A stretch of DNA of 64,000 nt from an uncultured Planctomycetaceae bacterium (GTDB lineage: Bacteria > Planctomycetota > Planctomycetia > Pirellulales > PALSA-1355): assembly GCA_963785305.1 (NCBI GenBank), contig CAWAUV010000007.1:1408001-1472000 (forward strand), read 5' to 3'. Position numbers and translations under genes: made by a program. Each line of letters starts with the position of its first letter. The stretch's first letter is position 1. Positions 25,847-35,747 of the stretch are shown here, in pieces. The notes under the pieces are model-generated. The model did not search any database and had not been told where the DNA came from. It was given only the letters and a program-made list of their open reading frames with translations.

Positions 25847-26682
25847 CTATTCCGGCAGCGAAATGACAATGTTCGTGTTCTGCCAATTCCAGACCGCCGG
25901 GTTGTTCGTCAACCATTCGTGTTCGAGGAACTGCGCATGACCATCGGCGAACAGCACAATGTTGCCAGCCGGGTGCGGCGCTGAAGTTCGTGCAGTATTG
26001 CCCTTGCGGGACTTCGGAATCGTCGACGCTCTGGGCCGAAAGCGGCTGGAGGCAGTTGTACCAAGGCGTGGGCCCGACGGGGTAATCGACGAGATTGCAC
26101 CCGATGTGCGATATCATCGCGGTCTTCGACGTGCCGCTCGCGCCGCTGATCTTTCCCGCCGAAATGCCGATCGGCGAATAGTAGAGCACGGCCCAGTTTT
26201 GCTGGAGGTACCCATAGTCGGTCAATCCATTGCCCCGCGCCGCGCGTGGGACAAAGATAGGTCGCGAGCATGACATTGCCGTTATTGAGGGGCACAATCG
26301 CTTCGCCGCCGCTCGCGTTGCCTGCCTGCTGAGACGACGACCCGCCGCCGGCGCCGTGTGACTGCACCGCGTTTTGCTCTTCCATGAAAGCGAGGGTTTG
26401 CAGATTCCAGCACGTGTTGGGAAAGGGATATGGCGGAGCGGTCGCGGCATTGTCGCTTTGGAAATAGCGGAAAGTCGAATGGAAGTTCTGGCAGGCGATT
26501 CCAATCTGCTTGAGATTGTTGAAGCAGCTCATGCGCAGGGCCGCTTCGCGCACCGCCTGCACCGCGGGCAGCAGCAACGCGATGAGCACACCGATGATGG
26601 CAATCACCACCAGAAGCTCGACGAGCGTGAAGCCGCGGCGTCGCATCCGACGCAAACAGATTTTTGGCTCTTCCGTTTTCAT
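25847..26682 (-). CDS. DUF1559 prepilin-type N-terminal cleavage protein with H-X9-DG motif, two frameshifts
   Basis: [47 protein letters not shown], and C-terminal [13 protein letters not shown] in a third frame. Confidence 0.9.
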
Positions 26683-26721
26683 GAGCCTTACTCGACAAAG
26701 AATCCCGTTTTGGGCAGTGTG

Positions 26722-26801
26722 CCCTCGCTGACCAGCCGGTTGAAAAACGCTCTCGTGGCATTTTTCAACTTTTCCGTCCTAGCCCGAAGCGTCGGCGAGG
26801 G
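26722..26801. repeat. nested REP-like stem-loop in the leader of the DUF1559 gene
   Basis: CCCTCGCTGAC (26722-32) pairs with GTCGGCGAGGG (26791-801); the inner GTTGAAAAA pairs with TTTTTCAAC. Confidence 0.6.
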
Positions 26802-26915
26802 ATTCCGTAATCCGGCAAGAACCGTATGTCTTTTCGCCGAATGTACTTACACACGGAAGTCGCAAATTTTTCAATGAACGGCGCAACGCATATTAGCCAT
26901 TGTTCACGTCATTTG

Positions 26916-26929
26916 TTAGTCGTGACTAA
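26916..26929. promoter_or_regulatory. palindromic DtxR/MntR-type operator candidate
   Basis: TTAGTC-GT-GACTAA is a perfect inverted repeat (TTAG-N6-CTAA) in an AT-rich patch, just downstream of a promoter and next to a DtxR-family gene. Confidence 0.65.
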
Positions 26930-26947
26930 TTAAAGTTAGGTGGTGAA

Positions 26948-26975
26948 ACTATATACAAAGCGAAGCCATTGTCAA
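26948..26975 (-). promoter_or_regulatory. sigma70-type promoter for the DUF1559 operon
   Basis: Minus strand TTGACA-16 nt-TATAGT. Confidence 0.7.
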
Positions 26976-27123
26976 GCACGCGATTCAGCCGGCGCTGTGG
27001 CATTGCGCGGGCGACTCGGTGGCAATGGGAGAGGCCGCGTGGTTTTCGGCTCTCGTGGGGCGTTCGCGTTAAACGCCGCCCAGCCCGCTTTGGGGCGCCC
27101 GGTCGATCGAGCGAATGCGTCGA

Positions 27124-27793
27124 TCAACCGCCGGCCGGTTCGGCCAGGAAACCGGCGATGCCTTCGCCGGCGAGGGTGAGCGTGTGATCGCCCACCTGAA
27201 TCTCGAAGGTGCCGTCGAGCTCATGGCGCCCGCGAACCGTCACCACGGCGCCGGGCAACAGCCCCAGATCCGACCAGCGCCGCAATCGCTCGGGGCGTTC
27301 GTCTTCGGCCTCGCGAATCACGAGCCGATCGCCCACCGCGAAGCTGTGCAACGGACGGAGATCGCGACGCATCACCGCGCCGTCGCGCGTCGGAATCGGG
27401 TGTCCGTGCGGATCTTCAAGCGGTTCGCCCAAGTAGTCGGCGATGGCCTGCCTCGAGCCGCGGCGAGATGGCGTGTTCGAGCGCCTCGGCCTCGGCGTCG
27501 ACCTCGCTCCAGTCGAGCCGCAACACCTGGGTAAGAAAGAGCTCCATCAGCCGATGCCGGCGAACGACGCTCTTCGCTTCGGCGGCGCCGGCCGCCGTCA
27601 GTCGGGCGCCGAATCCGGGCTGATATTCGATCCACCCGCCCTCGCCAAGCCGTTTGAGCATGCCGGTCACGGACGCGGCGCGCACATCGAGCCGCGTGGC
27701 CAAATCCACCGGCAAGACCACGCGTTCGACTCCGCCGAGCTTATAGATTGCCTTGAGGTAATCTTGAACGGCTTTCGTCGGCTTATCGACCAT
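27124..27793 (-). CDS. DtxR/MntR-family metal-dependent repressor with C-terminal FeoA/SH3 domain, frameshift near 27450
   Basis: VQDYLKAIY, SVTGMLKRL, RRHRLMELFL, EAEALEH, DPHGHPIP and LGLLPGAVV motifs. Confidence 0.92.
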
Positions 27794-27886
27794 GAGATCG
27801 CTCGTTCCGCGTCCGAGGAGCTGTCCCGCGGCGGTCCAGCCCGCGGGTCGTGATTGTGTTTTTCGCCAAGAGCCTATCCGACAACT

Positions 27887-27932
27887 CCCCCTTCTCCCCT
27901 TGGGCGAGGGCACGGCGAGGGCAGGGTGAGGG
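27887..27932. repeat. REP-like palindrome (CCCCTTCTCCC...GGGCGAGGG...GGGTGAGGG)
   Basis: Intergenic hairpin-forming sequence with a related inverted copy at 37782-37816. Confidence 0.55.
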
Positions 27933-28039
27933 CTCGCCGAAGTTGTCGGATAGACTCAAATAGGATCGCGGACGATCGACCGGCGCGCTCGACCGCCCCT
28001 TCCCCGATCATAATCCAGCTTCGATGCCTCGCGCGCGAA

Positions 28040-29734
28040 TTACAAATTGGGCTGGCGGATTTCGCGGCCGGTGGTATCGACGCACTCGATCTTGAAAAAT
28101 TCCGGCGCCGCGTGCTCGACGCCCAGCACCTGAATGTTCAGCGGCGCCCGATCCTCGAGCGCCGCGATATCGCGCCGCTTGCGATTGTTCAGATACGTCG
28201 CCACGTCGTCGGCCACCGACACCGTGATCCGCGCCACATTGGGCATTTGGGCCGCCATGATCAGCAAGCCGCATCACTTCGAGCGCCATGCTTTCGGCCG
28301 TCTTCACGACACCCGCCCCGGTGCAGCCCGGGCAATCGCGATACACGCTCCGCTTTAGGCTCGGGCGAATTCGCTGCCGAGTCATTTCGATCAGACCGAA
28401 CGGGCTCGTGCGGAGAATCTTGGTTCGCGCCCGATCTCGCTTCACGGCGTCGCGCAAGGCGCGTTCCACATTGCGGCGGTGGCGCTCCTTGCGCATATCG
28501 ATGAAGTCGTTCACGACCACGCCGCCCAGGTCGCGCAGCCGCAACTGCCGCGCGATCTCGCGAGCGGCGAGCAGGTTCATTTGATAGGCGGTCTCCTCGG
28601 CCGAATCGTCGGCGCGGAAGTTGCCGCTGTTCACATCGATCGCCACCAGCGCTTCGGTCTGATCGATCACGATCGAACCGCCCTGGCGCAAGGGGACTTT
28701 CCGCTGATGAATGCGGGCAATCTCCTCGTCGAGCCGATACTTATGAAACAGCGGCTCGCGGCCTTCATACAGATGCAGGCGGCTCACATAGCGCGGCATC
28801 ACGATTTGCAGGAATTCCTTGGCCCGATCGTGCGCCCCGGGCTCGTCGATATAGATCGAATCGACGTCGGCCGTGAAGGTGTCGCGAATCGTGCGGATGA
28901 TCATGTCGCTTTCCTCGTAGATGTCGACCGGGGCGGGACACTTGCGAATCCGCCGCACGATGACTTTCCACAATCGCAATAGATACGCGAGGTCGCGCGA
29001 GAGTTCGCGCTTCGTGCGATCAACGCCCGCCGTGCGCACGATGAACCCCAGCCCCTTGGGCGGGTTCAGCTCGAGCATGTAGTCGCGCAGCGTGCGGCGG
29101 GCCTGCTCGTCCTCGATCTTGCGCGACACGCCCACCCGGCCCAGCGCCGGCATCAACACCAGATAGCGGCCGGGAATGCTGATATAGGTGCTGAGCGTGG
29201 GCCCCTTGGTGCCGATGCCCTCTTTGATCACCTGCACGAGCACTTCGTCGCCGCGACGAAGAATGTCTTGAATCGGGGGCTTCACGCGCGGTCGCGCGCG
29301 GGCCGGGCGCGGGGACGCCGCTCGGGGCGCGGCGTCGCCTCGGTCTCCTCGCCGCCGGGCTCATCGCCGGCGTCATCGACCCCCTCGCCCTCGGGCGATT
29401 CGTCGTCCACCGGGTCATCGTCGCCCAGGTCGATGTCGTGGTGCCGGCTGCGCGGGCCCGATTCGATCGGCCGCGTGGGGTCGAAGCCGCCTTGGCGGTA
29501 GTACTGGGGTTCGACATCGCTGATGTGCAAGAATCCATTGCGACCCACGCCGAAATCGACGAAGGCGGCTTGGATGCTCGGCTCGATGTTGACGACTTTT
29601 CCCTTGTAGATATTGCCGACGTAGTTGTCCTGGCTGGTCCGCTCGACGTAGAGCTCCTCGAGCTGTCCGTCTTCAACGATCGCGATCCGGCATTCCTCGG
29701 GCTGGGCGACGTTGATCAGCATCTCTTGCTTCAT
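28040..29734 (-). CDS. Rne/Rng family ribonuclease (RNase E/G), frameshifts near 29295 and 28270
   Basis: GNIYKGKVVNIEPSIQAAFVDFG, VQVIKEGIGTKG, IDVNSG, RLRDLGG..NDFIDM and CPGCTG; acidic insertion in the S1 domain. Confidence 0.93.
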
Positions 29735-29835
29735 CGATACTCTTTCTTGATCGGCAAGGGCGATGAGCCCGTCGTTCGTTGTCGCAAGCGCAGGGCGCGG
29801 CCCGGGGTTGGCGCGGAGCGTGGCGGAGGCGAGCT

Positions 29836-30466
29836 TCATGGCTGCAACTCCACGTCCGTGCGTTCGAGGGCCCAGAGACTGGCCTCGAGGTCGTCGGACC
29901 AGCCGAGCGCGGCCAGCACATCGCGAGGGCGAACCCCCGCTTCGTGCGTGGCCAAGAGCCGCATCCGCAGCCGGTCGCCTTCGATCCGCAGATCTTCGAC
30001 CAGCGGGCGAACATCGACCGGAGCGGAGCGCCCTCGCGCGCGATCGGCCAACTGTCGGCCGAAAGCAGGCGTTCGATGGCCTCGGGCAACAAGGCCCGAC
30101 GCTCCCGGAGCGGCTCGGTCTCATAACTGAAACAGCGAGCTTGCGCTTTGCGGGCTCCGGGCGGAACCAGTTCGGCGGCGAGAAAATGAAGACCGCTCGG
30201 GGCGAACCGATTCAACCGGGCGAGTAATGCATCGGTCTCCGGTTCGTCGAGCAAATCGATCTCCACCACTTCGCGCCGGCCGGTGATTCCCAGGCCCAAG
30301 GCCGAGGGAAAGCTGATTCGCGGCTTGGGATGAAAGCCTTCGCTCATCCGCACCGAAATTCCGGCCCGCCGAACAGGCGCTCGATGGCGCGCACCAAGTC
30401 CCTATGGCTGATCAGTCGCAGATCACCCTGCTTGCAAAAACGAATTCGAACTCGATAGGGAACCAT
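29836..30466 (-). CDS. TIGR03936 radical-SAM-associated protein (DUF2344), frameshifted
   Basis: RIRFCKQGDLRLISHRDL and SEGFHPKPRISFPSALGLG; sits upstream of the RNase E/G gene as usual. Confidence 0.85.
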
Positions 30467-30778
30467 GTGTTCCACGGGGCTCGGCCACTGCCGTCGTGGC
30501 CGGGCCCAAAAAACGGAAAAGAATTATTTCAGCCGCCGACGAAACCTCGCCGGCGAGCCTTGACCACACGTTGGTCGTTCGCCGCCGAACGCCGCGCTTG
30601 AGCGGCCAACGACAGGCGATCCAATACTCCGCCGTGCGCCGAGCCAACACTCCGCATGTCGCGATCGCCTCCTCGAGCTTCCCTGGCGCGAGCCGCTCTC
30701 GAGAGCGGCGACGCATTTCGGGTTCGGGATTTCGCTTCTCGAAATACATCGAGCAGCGGTCGGCGCCGCGACAACCGG

Positions 30779-32521
30779 CTAGTTGGTCAGCTCGGGCAAA
30801 ATTCTCTTGAGCTCCTCTCTCAGATAGCTCTTGATGTTTTGGGCGTTTTCCATGGTCATCACTCGCCGGGCGACCGCCTCGCACTGCGAAATGGTCACGG
30901 TGCGACAGACCTTTTTTATCTCGGGAATCGCGCTCGGCGGAACGCTGAACCGCCGCAAGCCCATTCCCAACAGCAACATGGTATACATGGCCCCGCCACT
31001 CATCTGTCCACAGACGTTGGCCGGCACATTGGCTTTGTGCGCGGCCTTGAGCGCCATGTCGATCAGCTTGAGCACCGACGGGTCCGAGGCATTGTAGAGC
31101 CCCGCCACATCCTTGTTGCTGCGGTCCACGGCTAGAGTGTACTGAATTAAATCGTTTGTGCCGATGCTGATAAAGTCCACTTCCTCGACGAAATGCTCGA
31201 TCATCATCACTGCGGCCGGCACCTCGACCATCATGCCCACCGCCATGTTGCGGTTGAAGGGCACGCCCTGCTCCTCGAGGTCCTCCATCGCGTCGGCCAG
31301 CACCATTTTGGCCTGCCGCAGCTCGGTCAAGGTGCTGACGAGCGGAAACATGATTCGCAAATCGCCGAGCACGCTCGCCCGCAATATCGCGCGGAGTTGA
31401 ATCCGGAAAAGCGGTAAGTCCTTGAGCGACAATCGGATACTGCGCAGACCCAAGAACGGGTTTCGCGCCGGGTCGACCTCCTGCCGGGTGGGGATTTTGT
31501 CGCTGCCCAGGTCCAGGGTGCGCACCACGACCGGCTTGCCGTGCATCGCCTCGACCACACTGGCATAGGCTTCGTAGTGGACCTCCTCGGTTGGGTCGAC
31601 ATCGGCGCCCAGGTACAAAAACTCGGTGCGGTAGAGCCCGATCCCATCGGCCCCGCGCTCGGTGCAGTGCGTGACTTCGTGGGGAAACTCGATATTGCCC
31701 ATCAGCTCGATTCGCACGCCGTCGGCGGTTTCGGCCGGCAACTCGCGGAGTGTTTCCAGCTTCGCGGTGCGGGTGCGACGCTGCTCGACTTCGTGGCGAT
31801 AGCGGGCCACGGTTTCTTCGTCGGGCTGCAGGATCACGAGACCTTGGTCGCCATCGATGATTACCATGTCGCCGCCCGACACATCGACCAGAAACGGTCC
31901 CGTGCCCACGACGGCCGGAATCTCGAGCCCTTCGGCCACGATGGCGGTGTGGCTGCCCGGGCCGCCGATCTCGGTGGCGAAGCCGCGGACGAAATCGCGG
32001 TTCAGGTTGGCGGTCTCGCTGGGAGTGAGATTGTGCGCGAGCACCAGCACCGGCGAGATCAATTGGCCGAGCTCTTCGCGGCGGCGGCCGAGCAGATTGC
32101 GGAGCAGCCGCTTTTCGATGTCGAAAATATCATTGGCCCGCTCGACCAGATAGGTGTGCTGCAAACTCTGAAACACCTTGGCGTAGCGGCGCAGGGCCCG
32201 GCTCACGGCGTATTCGGGCGAGTAGTGCCGATCACGAATCAGCTCGTCGAGCTCTTGCCGCAACTTGGGGTCGCGGAGCATTTGCAAGTGGGCGGAAAAG
32301 ATCGCGGCGTATTCCTCGCCCAGTTCGAGGGCCACGGCGTCGCGATTGCCTTGAATCTCGGCGCCGGCCGCGTCGATCGCTTGGCCGAGCCGCTCGAGCT
32401 CATGCTCGACGGCGTCGCGGGCGACGAACCGGCGCGGTATGCGAAATCCCTCATTGTCGACGACCAGCGCTTCGCCGATCGCCACTCCCGCCGAAACAGC
32501 GATTCCTTGTAGTCTTTGCAT
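30779..32521 (-). CDS. ptsI: phosphoenolpyruvate-protein phosphotransferase (enzyme I)
   Basis: GSHTAIVA, GIGLYRTEFL, NPFLGLR, SIGTNDLIQY and CGQM motifs. Confidence 0.95.
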   Translation of the reverse strand: MQRLQGIAVSAGVAIGEALVVDNEGFRIPRRFVARDAVEHELERLGQAIDAAGAEIQGNRDAVALELGEEYAAIFSAHLQMLRDPKLRQELDELIRDRHYSPEYAVSRALRRYAKVFQSLQHTYLVERANDIFDIEKRLLRNLLGRRREELGQLISPVLVLAHNLTPSETANLNRDFVRGFATEIGGPGSHTAIVAEGLEIPAVVGTGPFLVDVSGGDMVIIDGDQGLVILQPDEETVARYRHEVEQRRTRTAKLETLRELPAETADGVRIELMGNIEFPHEVTHCTERGADGIGLYRTEFLYLGADVDPTEEVHYEAYASVVEAMHGKPVVVRTLDLGSDKIPTRQEVDPARNPFLGLRSIRLSLKDLPLFRIQLRAILRASVLGDLRIMFPLVSTLTELRQAKMVLADAMEDLEEQGVPFNRNMAVGMMVEVPAAVMMIEHFVEEVDFISIGTNDLIQYTLAVDRSNKDVAGLYNASDPSVLKLIDMALKAAHKANVPANVCGQMSGGAMYTMLLLGMGLRRFSVPPSAIPEIKKVCRTVTISQCEAVARRVMTMENAQNIKSYLREELKRILPELTN

Positions 32522-32574
32522 GCGTGTTCGGATGGGCGAGGCGCCAGAGCCTCGCGCCGGAAGCTCGCGAATGT

Positions 32575-32868
32575 TTAGTTGTCGTTCATTTCGCCGAAGC
32601 CTTGCCGAAATAGTTCGGCGAGCGCGTCGATCGCGGCCTGGGCGTCGGGGCCCGTGGCCTCGATCTGGAGCATGGCCCCGGTCGGCGCGGCGGCGGCGAT
32701 CCGGAGCAGGTCGAACATGCTCTTGCCATCGACGCGCAGCTCGTCTTTGACCAGTTCGATCCGCGACTGGAACTGCGTGGCCGCCTTGACGAACACATCC
32801 GCCGGACGAAGGTGCAGTCCCTGCGGGTTGATGACCGTGACCGTGGCGATGACTGTCTGCGAATTCAC
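32575..32868 (-). CDS. ptsH: HPr phosphocarrier
   Basis: NPQGLHLRPA and VDGKSM motifs. Confidence 0.92.
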   Translation of the reverse strand: MNSQTVIATVTVINPQGLHLRPADVFVKAATQFQSRIELVKDELRVDGKSMFDLLRIAAAAPTGAMLQIEATGPDAQAAIDALAELFRQGFGEMNDN

Positions 32869-33036
32869 TGGCTTACATGCTCGTTTTTCGGTCAGCGCTG
32901 GCCGTGTTAGGCGGCGCGAGGTGCGTCGTCTTCAACTTTCTCGACCGCTTGCTCGGCCGCCGCGCTGGGTGCAAAGCTCCGCTCGATTTCCACGGCCTCG
33001 AAGGGCGGACCGCCGAGCGCCGCGGTTCACTCGGGG

Positions 33037-33514
33037 TTAGGAAGCAAAGCCGTTGTTATCCGCCTCGTCGAGCAGTTGTCGAATGTCGTCGCCCGACTTG
33101 GCCTGCTTGAGGAACTTGCAAAAAGTGTCGTCTCGTAATTGTCGGGCGATGTTTTCCAGGGCCCGCAAGTGATCGCCCGGACGATCGGGCGGCGAAATGA
33201 GCAGAAACAAGAGCTGGACTTTTTCGCCGTCGAGGCTGTTGAAGTCGATGCCCTCGTTGCTCACGCCGACCGTGCCGACCAGCCGAGGCACGCTGGGGTG
33301 CTTGGTATGCGGCACGGCGACGCCGCGACCGATGCCGGTGCTGCCCAGCTCCTCGCGTTTCATGATCGCGCGAACAATGCTCTCCAATTCGGCTTCCGCG
33401 ATTTTACCGGCCGCCAGCAGGGCTCCGACCATTTCGCGGATCACGCCTTCTTTGTCTTGGGCCTCCAGGTTGGCGCAGGATCGCTCCGGCGGCCACAAAG
33501 TCGGCAAACTTCAT
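33037..33514 (-). CDS. ptsN: PTS IIA (fructose/nitrogen-type), frameshift near 33470
   Basis: REELGSTGIGRGVAVPH and HLRAL motifs. Confidence 0.9.
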
Positions 33515-33991
33515 ACTAACGCGTCCTTTCTCTCCATGTCGTTCGCATGTCGCTTTGCCGCGCGCTGGCCAGGCCATGAGCAGCCGGCCGGGCGAGCGTG
33601 AAGCAAAGCGGGCAATGTGTTGTTTGCGGGGTATTCGAGATCGAAGTTCGTAACTCACGGATTCGCCGACGATGGCCGCCCCCCCGGGAAGGCCAACTCG
33701 CCAAGCGAGGAATTTCGTAGTGTCGGAGGCCGTTTGTTCGCGCCCCCGACGCCTCCTCGCGACCATAAGCGTCATTTTGCGACGAAGCGTCTTTTCGCGA
33801 CCCGCCACGTTGTCGGCGGAGTGCTCGCCGGCGAGACGGATTCGCGCCCCCGGCCGACTCCGCCAGACGACCCTGACGACCCTGACGACTGTCGTCGCGA
33901 GCGCGGCCTCACGGGACTTCGCCAGCCACGCGACTAGGGCGCGGGCAACCGGCGCAACCCTTCAAGGGTTAGGTCTCTTGCCCTACGGGAC

Positions 33992-34339
33992 TCAAGCCTC
34001 GGGACTCAAGTCCCGCGCCTCCGCCTGCTTCGGGCTTACGTCGCGATGGTGGTTTTGGATTTTTTCCTTGTATTTACGCAACTGCTGTTCGATTTTATGC
34101 ACGGCGCCATCGAGCGAGGCCATCAACGACGGGGCTTGTTCGGTGGCGACGAAATCATGCTTGTGTTCGGCCGAAACTTGAATCTCGACGATCGGCGCAT
34201 CTTCCTTCTTCACGTCGACCATGACTTCGATGGCGGTCAAACGCTCGAAGAGCCGCGAGAGCTTTTCGACCTTGGTCCGAATTTTTTCCCGCGAAGCTTC
34301 GCTCAAATGCCCGTGTCGAGTCGATACGCTAATCTGCAC
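33992..34339 (-). CDS. hpf: ribosome hibernation factor HPF/RaiA
   Basis: MQISVSTRHGHLS...KIEQQLRKYKEKIQNH; upstream of ptsN. Confidence 0.9.
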   Translation of the reverse strand: MQISVSTRHGHLSEASREKIRTKVEKLSRLFERLTAIEVMVDVKKEDAPIVEIQVSAEHKHDFVATEQAPSLMASLDGAVHKIEQQLRKYKEKIQNHHRDVSPKQAEARDLSPEA

Positions 34340-34510
34340 AATGGCTCCTTTCACTCATTTCCCGCGTCGCTGCTTCCGCGCCCGAAAGACGAATCCGCCG
34401 GGGAATGAAAGCTCGGAGGCGCTTCCGCCTGCCCCCCGGAGCGACGACGTTTGGAAGCATGTTATTCTAACGAGCAACCGACCCGGCCACAACGAGCCCC
34501 CGCTTCTGGG

Positions 34511-34633
34511 GTGGGTCGTAATGCTTGCATCTCGCCTATTCTTGGCGTTTTGCTCGTTCCTATCATCGACGGGCGTTTCTGAAAGAACAGGCCGAATCGC
34601 CCACGCTCTGCAGGCGACACGTTTACGACCCAC
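34511..34633. mobile_element. MITE-like 123-bp element with 11-bp terminal inverted repeats
   Basis: GTGGGTCGTAA ... TTACGACCCAC; both arms also carry TCGCCT internally; no ORF. Confidence 0.45.
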
Positions 34634-34693
34634 TGCCGGAATTCTAAACTGACGGAGAAATCGACAGTTCGACCCAGCCGGTGGATCATCGTC

Positions 34694-34876
34694 GTGGCAC
34701 GTATCCGTCCCCGCTATCGATTTCTCGCATTCCGAGCCAGGGTCGTCGTCTTCGTCGCCTTCAGTTGTTTCGCCGTCATCGCGGGGCGCGCAATCTGGCC
34801 GATCGCCTTGCAAGCGATTCGAGAGCGGCAGCAACGAGAAGCCACCGATAGAACTCTCAAGCAAATGAAATTCTAA
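34694..34876 (+). pseudogene. short membrane-protein ORF ended by the repeat array
   Basis: MARIRPRYRF..VVVFVAFSCFAVIAG..; the stop TAA lies inside the first repeat unit. Confidence 0.4.
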
Positions 34877-34966
34877 CGGGTCAGAAATTCTAACGGGTCA
34901 GGACTCATTGGCAAATTCTAACGGGTCAGGACTCATTGGCAAATTCTAACGGGTCAGGACTCATTG
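34868..34966. repeat. tandem array of the left end of the RAYT element (17 + 28 + 28 + 26 bp)
   Basis: AAATTCTAACGGGTCAG, then two copies of AAATTCTAACGGGTCAGGACTCATTGGC, then AAATTCTAACGGGTCAGGACTCATTG. Confidence 0.95.
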
Positions 34967-35666
34967 TTTGGTATAGGGTCGGGAGCCGTATCGGGAAAAT
35001 GCACTTGCGGACGGCCGCGAGGTCGTAGGGTCGAGGTCAGCCGCAGGCGCCTTGCCGTCGCTTCGGTCCAATTCGGCTCGCCGAACGGAGACCCTCGCCG
35101 CGCCGCGCGGCGCACCGCGGCGAGCTCTCGTTCCGCCAGCGGCTCATTCACTTTCTTGGTCCAATTCGGCAGGCGTGGGATCGGCCAAGGCGACAGCAAG
35201 GCGGGAAGCGGTTCCGTTTTTTGCAGCCACCGCCAGAGCGATCCCCAGCGCCACTGCTCGGCGCGGGCGCCAAGTCGGCCCGCAGCGCATTTCGCTCGAC
35301 ATAACGGCACACCACCAAGAAATGCGCGTCGTCCTGAATCGGAAAACTTTTGAATCGACCTTGGTACACATGCCCCTCGCCCGACGTGTGCGTATGGGCG
35401 CGGTATCGCATCGTGTGCGTGGCCGTGACCCAGCGCAAGAAGCGGCTCATCTCGCCATCGTGCAAGGGACGCAACACCAAATGCCAGTGGCTGGGCATCA
35501 ACTGGTAAGCGAACAACTCGACGGCATGCCGCGCGAGCCCTTCACCGAGCACGCGCTCGAAGGCTTCGTAATCCGCGTCGTTGCGGAATATCTTGGCCCG
35601 GGCATTCGCTCGATTCAGGGCATGGTAGACGCCGCCGGCTTCGTCGGCTCGTGGTGGTCGTGGCAT
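34954..35666 (-). CDS. REP-associated tyrosine transposase (RAYT, Y1 HUH), frameshift near 35270
   Basis: MPRPPR..GGVYHALNR, LMPSHWHL (HUH), QGRFKSFPI, RYVERNALRA (catalytic Tyr) and WRWGS. Confidence 0.92.
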
Positions 35667-35699
35667 GTCCGTCAGTCTACCAACAACCACCAGCAAAAT

Positions 35700-35746
35700 C
35701 AATGAGGCCTGACCCCTTTTGATTTCTCTGACCCCTTTTGATTTCT
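35700..35746. repeat. right end of the RAYT element with a 19-bp tandem duplication
   Basis: CAATGAGGC followed by two copies of CTGACCCCTTTTGATTTCT; inverted homologue of the left-end unit. Confidence 0.9.
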
Positions 35747-35747
35747 C

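Noticed and set aside
25020..26504. 494-aa DUF1559-peroxiredoxin fusion in the ORF track
   Set aside because: The H-X9-DG end has its own stop at 25847, and the redoxin has its own AAGGAGG RBS and ATG at 25829.
28040..29734. Frameshifted genes (RNase E/G, bioF, ptsN, RND, PKS) as true pseudogenes or programmed frameshifts
   Set aside because: The indels are scattered across housekeeping genes with no in-frame stops or slippery motifs, which fits sequencing error better.
34868..34966. 28-bp repeats as a CRISPR array
   Set aside because: The units are directly adjacent with no spacers, there are no cas genes, and they match the inverted end of the RAYT element.
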